Shown here piece after piece: positions 13,739 through 22,899 of a stretch of 64,000 nucleotides of DNA. Within the stretch, counting starts at the first letter, position 1. Each line of letters opens with the position of its first letter. The notes beneath the pieces were generated by a model. The model made no database searches, was not told where the DNA came from, and saw nothing but the letters and a program-made list of their open reading frames with translations. This DNA is from Perkinsus olseni. Its lineage: Eukaryota. Both the position numbers and the translations under genes were made by a program. The stretch is taken from assembly GCA_013115125.1 (NCBI GenBank), contig JABANN010000067.1:1-64000 (forward strand), given 5' to 3'.

Positions 13739-15211
13739 TCACATGGTGTTCTTCGATGCAGCAACCATTTCGGCTGGGTTCGATCCTTCGACCGTAGCTG
13801 CCTGGACAGAGGCTCTCAGGATCTGACTCGACATAACATCACATTATGCAATCCACATGAGCACTTCGTAAGAAGCCCACAATTTCTCCAAACTCGTTCA
13901 GCCAACCCTGCTCCTGTTGATATAGCTGTTCCACGTCAAGTAGGTGAGGGCATCCCCAGCTTTGCTTTTCTCCATCATTAAAGGTGTGGGTGCAGAACCA
14001 CTTCTGAATAACGGATAGTGTCGATGTATGTAGTCAAGGATGCCACTCGAGAGCTCCCGAGGCACCCACAACGCTTTTGCTAGGATCTTCGTGGTTCAGC
14101 AAGACAATCTTCAACCCCAAAGAATCCGATAGGAAAGTATCTGGGACCAAAAAGCAGAAATGCCAGATATCAGCCTCTAAATGTAAATGCTCACCCACCG
14201 CTTTTCCCTAGTAGATGGATATATGCGGCAAAACTTCTTTCTCCCTCGTCCTCTAAGCCTCCGGGGAAGACCGCTAGCTGAGGAAAGAACTTCTCCGAGA
14301 GAAGGTAGGGCTGCGACTAATGGGGCAAAAGGTTTGTGTGCGCGAAATCCACACTGAATCAAGAAAGAGAGTGCGCCATGGGAGGGCCCATCCACCTGGA
14401 ATTTACAGTTTCCCTTCCATGTTGGCGGGGACTTAAATTCGTCACCCGGATCATACTTTTGACGACCATCAAAGCGGACCTCATGCCACTCGGGCTTCAG
14501 GGGATTCGGGTCCTTTTCGACAACGTTAGCTCTAGCTCTGAATACCTGGGATTTTCGCTACGCAAGTAACCAGCGAGTATAGGTGGACACAGCACGCACC
14601 AATTTGTCTTCTTGGTCAAGCCAGCCAATCTCTTTCGTGAGATCAGATATTTTGGCGAAATCGTTCCATCCACGATTGAAGCCGGGATAGACCATTTGAG
14701 TACATGACTTTACCTACAGCAACATCCTCCGGAACCTTTCGAGAAAACTCGCGCTCCGGTTCCGTGCCGTTAGTAGAAGATAGTCCCCGCTTATGACGGC
14801 TGCCACGAATATTACGATAGACTTCCGAGGATGAATCAGATTAACCAGTTCGATCTCGAATTCCATATCACTACCGAGGGGGAAGTCGATCGAGGAGCCT
14901 GGGAGAGACACGAGTTTGTGCACACAGTAGACAGCAGGTTCCGCCAACTCACCTTTCTTCTCGGTGAAATTAATGAAGACGCCTACACCTTTTCCCTCTT
15001 TATTGGGTCCTCCGATAGGATACACTTTCACCTGGTGAGCATTCATTCCTCCAATTCCATTAGATTCATAATCAAAGATGTAGAGAATACTGGCCTTCTC
15101 AACAGTACAAGTACTCACTTGGAAGCAGAAAGAATCCGCTGCCATTACTGGGGATCTAATGCCGGATGTGCTCTGGTTGCTGGGGTCGACTTGAAACTCC
15201 ATCGAGGACAT
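13739..15211 (-). CDS. Tandem MATH protein copy 6
   Basis: MSSMEFQVDP..RSPVMAADSFCFQ; VKVYPIGG..GVGVFINF; FEIELVN; MVYPGFNRGWNDF..GWLDQEDKL; conserved exon 14393-14513; LAVFPGGLEDEGERSFAAYIHLL; SWGCPHLL..GWL; ILRASVQAATVEGSNP..M-stop. Confidence 0.78.
14393..14513. repeat. Ultraconserved exonic block, copy 6
   Basis: About 5 mismatches to copy 1 over 121 bp. Confidence 0.95.
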
Positions 15212-17486
15212 GGAATAAGACCTTGGATGCCGCTACAAAGACAGTTAGGATTCCGACCACCAAACCCTGTGGTCAAGCTCTGTTTGGGAACTCGATAGCA
15301 CGCGTGTAAGGCGTTGTATCGTCTTCAGTACGCATGCGAGTGTTTAAACCTTAGTTTCTGGCGAGAATAACGACAGAAGACTCCAGTTCGGCTGCATTCG
15401 CGGGTCCACTAGATAACCATTTTCCTGATTGGGGATCCAAGCAGCGGTTCAGCTGGTCCACTAGAGAGAACCGTCACCCTGTGTACGTGTTCAAGAGTCT
15501 CCATGAGGTAAGCGCAACAAAGACGAGTCAGCTAGGAACCATGAGGTATTGAGACACCTCAGACCTTAGCAAAGCCGGTAGCTCTAGTTGGCATCAGCTA
15601 GCTCTACTGATCGTCGTCAAGTTGATTAGATCCTACATAGAGTTGAAGGAGTGAGAATCACAGTCAATGTGAAGCTCTCGGTACAGAGTCTGCGAGGCAG
15701 AGATCAGCAGTATCGAACAAGAAGGTAGCAGCCTCACATTGTAAGGCGTAGAAGACCGGGTAATCACACAGCTACCATACCCTACACGCATGTGCCCTCG
15801 GCAGCGAATACGCCAATAATTCTGCCACGAGTAACGGTCACAAATGCAGTCAACAGCGGATGAATTTCATGATTTCGGCACGGGAAAAATTCACACGTCG
15901 ACCAGGGATACTTAGAAGCCATGTTCTGGATGGGTCGCTAGTCGATGTACTAGTCAGTATTGGCTGGACGATCAAAGCAACGGCTAAAGTCCACGACCGC
16001 ATTTGACACGGCATCGTAATGCAGCGGCCTAGCATGCAGAGGACCAGCCAGCGGCACCTGCCGGATGCATGAACTATTTGAAAATCGCACAGACCAGCGA
16101 TAGATACTATATGAGCGGACACTTTCGCGACGCTACAGAAGTCGCTGAGATTCGTGTCGCAGAATAAAACACAGGCAGCGTATCTCTCGTAGGTAACTCT
16201 TGTTGGATGGAACTTAATGACCGTGCCAAAGTGGGAAAACGCATATGGGGAACTCAAAGCCGTATTTCACTGTAACTGATGAATCTATGAATGGAAGAGG
16301 AATCGGATAATCCGATTCGGATTGGAGTCTGACAAAATGCGCTTCACTCTTTCTTCACTCTCTTAGCCGACGACTCGACAGTATCCACAGCTGCTCTCCT
16401 CGCGGAACCGTTTGTGATGCTCGACCTGAGAGATAAGTATTGAGGATTCTTCGAGAGCCCACTCTGCTGCAGCATTGCCCATCAGGCACGGGACTGCCCG
16501 CGATTCTTCGCGGATATCCAAGTCGAGCAGAGAATGCCGAGGAATCTATAGGGCTCATTGCTGTCAACGCCAGTGCGTCATGAAGTACATCCTCCCAACT
16601 TACCGCTCTCCCCTAAACTGGAACTCCAGCGGGTTCGGACCTTCATCCAGAGAGGGGGACACGGAGGCTCTAAGAACCTGTACCATGCAAACGACCCCGA
16701 ATGGATACGACCACCAACTTAGCGTTAAGTAGCTACGACTACGCGAGAGACTTACTATCTTTCCTTTCACATTAAGCCAACCGAGAGCTTCATTTCTGAT
16801 CTCGCTTAGGAGTACCAGAGCAGGGCAGCCCCAACTTTGACCAATGCCATCGAAGGTGTGGATAGCAGTCCAGGTCTGAGACGTGAATATAATGACTGGC
16901 CAGCTACGTGTGTCGGCATCTGAGATCTGTCGACATATGACAGCTGTCTGAGCATGTGTGAGCTGATCTATATGTCGGTATTCTTTGCTGCCACTTGCTG
17001 CCGCGAATAAGGACTCAGCGGGTAAGTATCAGCCAACGCCAGAGCGGCGCATGGAAGTGGGAAGCCAGCGTAATGAACTCGGCAGATGCTCTTATACAAA
17101 CTCCCGCAAACTGAAATCGCCTGAACAAGCTTACAATTGTTTTCTGCTCATCTTTGTGATTCAGTAGCTTCACTTTGAGCTTGGCGCTATTATTGGATGA
17201 TCCCAGGGAACCTAACTGGCAGTTGCACACGGGAAAGCTTGCTACTCTGTATCAACCGCACTACCCCGTGGGAGATGTTTCTCAATCTTGCAACGCTAGC
17301 GCCGTCGAGTGTGCTTTAATCATTGCATGCCACTTTTTAGCTCACCTCGAGTTCCTAGCAGATGGATGTAGGCGGCAAGATACAGCTGCCCATCCAGGAT
17401 GGGCCATCCTCAGGTCTGATACCGCCAGGGAACACTGCCACCTGACAACCTAATGATAGGGGCTGCAGGGAACTATTACAGGGGAT

Positions 17487-17588
17487 CACCTGGAATTTAT
17501 AGTTTCCCTTCCATGACGGTGGGGACTTGAATTCATCACCCGGATCATACTCTTGTCGGCCATCAAAGCGGACCTCATGCCACTCGGG
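17487..17588. repeat. Ultraconserved exonic block, copy 7 (shorter, ~102 bp)
   Basis: About 4 mismatches to copy 1; identity stops ~18 bp before the retroelement insertion. Confidence 0.93.
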
Positions 17589-17606
17589 GCTCACGGGTTT
17601 CGAACC

Positions 17607-17792
17607 TGTGAGAACTGTTACGTCTCTTTTTGTGTAGTTGTCTCCATTTGTGTGTGGAGCACCCTTTAGCCTGACGCTAGCACGCTAGTGGGGTTGCCAC
17701 ACTGTATATAGATAGTTAAGTTCAGACTTGTCAGCACTGTGTGTGTTGAGTTATCCTTCAAGCGGCCTATCTACTCGGCAACTTCCTCCACA
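17607..17792 (+). repeat. Putative 5' LTR (186 bp)
   Basis: TG...CA ends with imperfect inverted termini (TGTGAGAA / TTCCTCCACA), immediately followed by a TGG-starting PBS-like sequence; its 3' end resembles that of the solo LTR at 21846-22042. Confidence 0.75.
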
Positions 17793-19180
17793 TGGCGCTC
17801 CACGATGGGTTACGACCAGCTTTCTTGGAACTCGCCGAGTCGGTTACAGAGGCGATCTTTCTGAAGGACAAGGAGGTTAACTTAGGAAGGGTTCCGGAGA
17901 AGTTCATTAATGATGTGGTTAATATTGTTTCTGCGAGTAGTGACCCAGTTGAGTGGGCCAATTTGGAGAAAGCAGTAACAGGTGGCCTTCCGGAAGTTGT
18001 GCAACTGATTTTCGGTACCGTCGACGAATTGCCTGGCATACTTCCTGTTTTCGGTCAGTTCGGACCTTACGTTCTGCCATCGATCGCTGATCAAGTGGCT
18101 GACAAGGTGGACGTGTCTGAGGATGGTATGAGGGTACTCCGAGTTAATAAGATCAATGCGTCCCGTACGCTAACTACTGATGTTCATAGTGTATTTGTTC
18201 CGGGATTTGCTGATCGTTGGAAGTCGATGGCTAGACACCTTGCTGCTGCTAAAGCCGAAGAAGCTGAGAAATTGAAGGTGAAGCAGCCTACCGGTGGAGA
18301 TTACGTGATGAAGAAGGAGGATGGCCAAGACTTACAAATTGAGGATTTGAGAGTGAAACGCCAGGACGAGGTGGTATTACCCTATGAGGTGAAGAAGATG
18401 ACTCGTGCTGAGTTAGGTGTTATGCTTAAAGAAGTTGATCGGGTACCTGTTAGTACTGATACTATCTTTCATGGTCTCAGCGATGGCACGAAGTCCCTCA
18501 GCAGATTTCATGTGGAAGTTGATGATATGGCTACGCGTCGGCATTGGGGTGCTGCACACGTATTCCATTATCTTTCGCGTGTTATTGAGAGGTCGTTGTG
18601 GACTCTGATTGACGTTAAGGTCAAGAATGATTTGGATATATCAAGTTATGTGGAAGGGGTTCGCTTGGTATGGTCTAACTTACAAACAGTTTGTGGTGGT
18701 ACAGTTGAGGCTGAGAAGTTGCTGACTCAGATGCTGGTACTATCACAGAAGCCGAGTGAGTCTACTATGAGTTACCTCTCAAGAGTCTCGGAGTATAGGC
18801 TCCAATGTCAAGCAGCCAATGTCGCCCACTGTGATGATGACTCGTATTATCAGGTGTTGTCGAGACGGGGTATGCTTTCGCCGACTCTCGCTACTCAGAG
18901 TACTATGTTGGTAGCGCCTGATTGGGTGACATGGGTCAGGGGTGTGGCTATGCTGGAGCAGCGACTTGGCGCCATAGTGAAGAAGGAGATTGCTAGCGCG
19001 GCGAAGGGCGCTAAGGATGGTAGGGTTGCTTCACCTGTCATTGATTTGACCGCTGCCCAGGTCAATGACGACTCTGCTGAGGGTGGAAAGACGAGTGGTG
19101 CAGCGGGGTCCAGTAGGAGTACTTCAATGAACAAGAAGTGTTATTGTTGTGGGAAGCTTGGGCATTTAGCACGGGACTGA
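17792..19180 (+). CDS. gag: Retrotransposon Gag-like protein, C-terminally truncated
   Basis: 462-aa intronless ORF with an MHR-like QKPSESTMSYLSRV segment; it ends CYCCGKLGHLARD-stop, a CX2CX4HX4C knuckle lacking its last Cys. Confidence 0.85.
   Translation: MALHDGLRPAFLELAESVTEAIFLKDKEVNLGRVPEKFINDVVNIVSASSDPVEWANLEKAVTGGLPEVVQLIFGTVDELPGILPVFGQFGPYVLPSIADQVADKVDVSEDGMRVLRVNKINASRTLTTDVHSVFVPGFADRWKSMARHLAAAKAEEAEKLKVKQPTGGDYVMKKEDGQDLQIEDLRVKRQDEVVLPYEVKKMTRAELGVMLKEVDRVPVSTDTIFHGLSDGTKSLSRFHVEVDDMATRRHWGAAHVFHYLSRVIERSLWTLIDVKVKNDLDISSYVEGVRLVWSNLQTVCGGTVEAEKLLTQMLVLSQKPSESTMSYLSRVSEYRLQCQAANVAHCDDDSYYQVLSRRGMLSPTLATQSTMLVAPDWVTWVRGVAMLEQRLGAIVKKEIASAAKGAKDGRVASPVIDLTAAQVNDDSAEGGKTSGAAGSSRSTSMNKKCYCCGKLGHLARD
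17793..17809 (+). other. Putative tRNA primer-binding site TGGCGCTCCACGATGGG
   Basis: TGG directly after the LTR-terminal CA, complementary to a tRNA CCA end. The cognate tRNA is not identified. Confidence 0.6.
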
Positions 19181-19336
19181 CAAGTCTGAACTTAACTATC
19201 TATATACAGTGTGGCAACCCCACTAGCGTGCTAGCGTCAGGCTAAAGGGTGCTCCAGTGGAGCAAGTGGAGCAAGTGGAGCAGCTCCACACACAAATGGA
19301 GACAACTACACAAAAAGAGACGTAACAGTTCTCACA
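19177..19336 (-). repeat. Inverted partial copy of the 5' LTR (first 128 bp plus a 32-bp insert)
   Basis: Direct reverse-complement match to 17607-17734. Confidence 0.95.
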
Positions 19337-21105
19337 GAACCCCATCCTACAGTGTGGGCTCTAGCTCTGAATACCTAGAAAGACGGCAGGCTCTATCGCG
19401 ATTAGTGCGGCTCGAATCGCAGAACAGTAGTGTACGAACATTCACAGGAGTAAAAGCAGAAGCAATATAAATGAGAATCCAGTTAGTTGATGCTGTTTCT
19501 CATCAGAGTGCGACCATTAGCCATCTTTAGCATAGAAAACGAAGAAGAATGCTCATTAGAATACCAATTTGCCGTCCTTGTCGAGCCAACCATTCTCCTT
19601 CGTGAGTTGTGAATTCTCGACGAATTCATCATATCCCCAACTCAGGCTAGGGTACACAAACCGGGCATAAGACTCTACCTACGGTGCAAGAGCGACCCAT
19701 CCTTCAACACACATCATCAGCGGGTGCATCACAAATAAGCTAGCCCCCCTCAGAGGAGGATCGCACGCTGATGGCAGGCCGTCTCTAGTCAGGAATTATT
19801 ACAATGGACGCTCGAGGGTTGCTATGATTAAGCAGATCGACTTCGACCTTCACTTTGTGGCCGAGAGGAAAGAGGTCCACGCTGGCTGAAATCGAGGACC
19901 TCTACGCTCACGTTTCAGCGTGAGAGGGAAACACAGTAATACAAGAGGCAGAAAGCCAGCTCGGGTGCCATACCAGTCCTTTGATGGAAACTCGTGTATA
20001 CACCCAAAAAAGCGTGCCTTGTGTTACCCCGACCAAGGTGCACCCTAACCTGATCATCAAAGGGCGCTCGTGCTCGATATGCTCGGTGTACATTCCGATA
20101 CAGATAACTTGGCATGAAAAATTACGCAGAAGTTGAAGCAATCCGCCTCCGTCATCGGAGAAGTGCAAAGCGGCTTGGACTGGCCAGGGTCGACTCTAAA
20201 CTCTGCCAAGGACATGAAAGGATACAACTGATACTTTACTCAGACGATAAGTATCACAAGAGATGAGCGCCGCATCCGCCAAGTAGACCAACCGCGCTTG
20301 GTAGCGACCTCACAAATTTGTAGGTGTAGAAAACCAGGTGATTAGGCGTCTGGGACGCCGGACTTCCACATGCCGCTCGATGAAAAAAATTCCCCCTACG
20401 TCGAAGTTGAGAGCTTGTTCGGCCGGTTTACTCGGCGCTGTCTTCCGAGACGGAGGAAGGCAGTGGCTAGTAGGTGCACGGTAGTGCACTCGAAGGCCAC
20501 AGCGACGTGTAGCGTACACCAATTCTAGTTGAATTTTCGATCGTTTCGTTGACCTCTCGCCCACCCTGGTAATCTGGTCTGACCGTCTCTTGATTCATCA
20601 GTGAATGACCCATCACTACCGCCGAGTACGCAGGTACGTCCTGCGGCCTTCGGGCCTGCGCCCCACGATCAGGGAGGAAGAGAGCCGGGTAACACATAGC
20701 AACATCACACTTACGGTCGGAACCGTAAGCAGTCACTGACTCGTAACTGCGCTTAACGTGTTGAACACGAGTGGAATGTTAACCGAATGGATGATGGTGA
20801 GATGAGCCACGTCGACACAGGCATATTTCGCCACTGGGCAGTGTTCAGCAAGGAACTTTTCTATAGGCTATAGGCTGCCCGATATCTGGGTTAATTTGAA
20901 ATACTACCCGACAAGTGAATAGATGGTTGAAAAGAATAAAATCAAATCAAATCAGAGGATCATCTAGACAGGCTAATTCATCCAGATGGTGGCTCAACTA
21001 AGTAGGGAAGACCGGTCTCGTACAAAGCGGACAGATGCTCGAGTGTTGTCTGAGCCACACTGAGAAAATAGCATGACGAACGGAGTCGGCAGCAGTTCGA
21101 CTCAC

Positions 21106-21195
21106 CGTCTATACATTCCTTATGGTATACGTGCTTGCACGGAAGAATTTGACATAAGTCTGCCCCCTCGAAGTGAGCCAAGCATATAGCACAGC
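21106..21195 (-). CDS. RING-H2 finger exon of a spliced gene spanning roughly 20.8-21.6 kb
   Basis: Exon between AG and GT reads CAICLAHFEGADLCQILPCKHVYHKECID (C-x2-C...C-x-H-x2-H-x2-C). Confidence 0.8.
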
Positions 21196-21822
21196 TGGAA
21201 GGAAACGACTTCTAATGTTCTAGGCTAAACATTTTCACCTCTTTTCGCTGCGGCAATCGAGAGGCACGCTACCATACGGCAGAAGTCGCACATGGCTCTG
21301 CTGCTTCGTCGGCTCATCCTCCTCGGCAGTGCTATAACGAAGCGTTCCCGCATATCCGACGGTGCAGACTTACTCATGTTCTCTGGTTCTCCCATTCTCT
21401 TGATGGCGATGTCTCCTGAAATCTCTCATAGCGTGACGTGTAGCCAGTCGCACCATTCTGAAAGGGTTCACGCCAGTGCGCACATATCTCAATCAGGAAT
21501 GCAACAGGCTCTTCTGAGACTCCTCACACAAATTGTGGAATCTCATTCCTTGTCGCTGGCCTCCAGAATACTGGCCAATCGACTAAGTAGATGAACCCCG
21601 GGCTACATGTACACCCCTCCACAAATTCTTAGCATAAGTGGTGTGCGACCCCTAATACGTTCATCGAGTCGAATTGGGATCTGAAATTTCAGTATAACAC
21701 CCTACTAGATCCTGTACACCTCTCCGCCAACGCCTATGATCTCACTCTACCGACCCACAGAGATCCAGCTTAACCTCACTTTTTCAACTCCACACAATCT
21801 TAGCATGATGAGCTAGCACTCC

Positions 21823-22075
21823 AGATGAGCTATCTCTATACACCCTGTGAGAGAACGATACTAAAGCAATTGTATTGTGTGCGGTTCTGTCTCTCTGTGT
21901 GGCTCTGTCTGCCGTATCCAAAAGGCTGAGCTAAGCTTAAGTGTTCCTATATTGCTAAGTAATCATTAAATAAGTTAACCCTCAACTTTTGGGGTATTGT
22001 GTTATTTATCAATGGTCACGCCTACTGCAAGTTCCTCTGACACACCCCTCAGGGGTGTATAGAGATAGCTCATCT
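21823..22075. repeat. Perfect 24-bp inverted repeat with a 3-nt loop, split by the solo LTR
   Basis: Removing the LTR and one TSD gives AGATGAGCTATCTCTATACACCCC-TCA-GGGGTGTATAGAGATAGCTCATCT. Confidence 0.9.
21846..22042 (+). mobile_element. Solo LTR (197 bp)
   Basis: TGTGAGAG...CTCTGACA termini; 5-bp TSD CACCC at 21841-21845 and 22043-22047; both ends resemble the LTR at 17607-17792. Confidence 0.85.
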
Positions 22076-22899
22076 ATAAGCCTCCATAGTAAGTACCATC
22101 TCATGACGGCTTCGATCACTTCAGACCACGGAGTTTCCGAATCAATGCAGGACCTACGAGCGCAGTCCGCCAGTCGCGTAGCTCGACAGTTGAGTCGGAC
22201 ACACCAAATGCATATGACAACCAGTCCAAGGTAGGGAGCCTTGTCAAGAGCAGTTCTCCACAGGGGAGGCTGTGGTCTGAGAAGAAAATGCTGGGACGAA
22301 ACAAAGCGACCATCATGAATACAACACTGCTGGAGGTATCAGATGAGCGCCAACTCTGCTTACCTTCCAGCCTCCCGTTCCCCATCAACATGTAAGACGA
22401 TAATCATGGCGGGAGCAAGAGAACTAGAAGGAAAGAGAGGCTCCTCAGGAGCCGGATACGATACGATTATACATTCCATATAGCTGACATTCCCGGACTC
22501 CAAACGGAAACAGGGGAAGCGATTCGGAGCCCTGGGATGGTCCTCATCATCCACCGCAAACGTCGAAGAGTTCAATCCGAAAAATGCATATCCGGGGAGT
22601 GCCAAGACTAACTCGGCATCCGACTAGAAGTACAGAGCCTGGTGAGGGAAAGCATGCCACATTAAATGCGCCACATTCATGAAGGCCGGCTCAACTGACT
22701 CAGTTGACACCTCCAAGCGAAACCAGAGTTTCACGCCAATCAACACCATAAAGCTTCTCCAGACACTCTTCAGGAAATGCCATTGCAGATAAATTGAGCT
22801 CTCGTATGGAAACGATACCTGGCAGCACGTACTTTGCATCAGCTCAGCCGCAATATCTCGCGAGACAAGTTCTAGGGATGACCGGGTTATCGAACGACG

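Larger units (their letters stand above)
17607..19336 (+). mobile_element. Truncated LTR-retrotransposon derivative with inverted LTR ends (gag only)
   Basis: Starts TGTGAG and ends CTCACA; 5-bp TSD GAACC at 17602-17606 and 19337-19341; 17607-17734 is the reverse complement of 19177-19336 apart from a 32-bp insert; contains a gag-like ORF. Confidence 0.9.
16600..20215 (-). pseudogene. Tandem MATH protein copy 7, disrupted by the insertion at 17607-19336
   Basis: Starts MSLAEFRVDP..TSPMTEADCFNF and has the homologous exons. Removing the insertion plus one GAACC restores an in-frame exon VFRARAHTVGWGSKPVSPEWHEVRFDG, the same length as in the paralogues. Confidence 0.8.

Noticed and set aside
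1351-17588. Regularly spaced near-identical repeat read as a CRISPR-like array
   Set aside because: Repeats are ~120 bp, the intervening 2-3 kb are paralogous spliced genes, there are no cas genes, and the context is eukaryotic.
17607-19336. Class II TIR DNA transposon or DIRS element
   Set aside because: The ORF is gag-like with no transposase or tyrosine recombinase; TG..CA ends, a PBS and a 5-bp TSD point to an integrase-type LTR origin.
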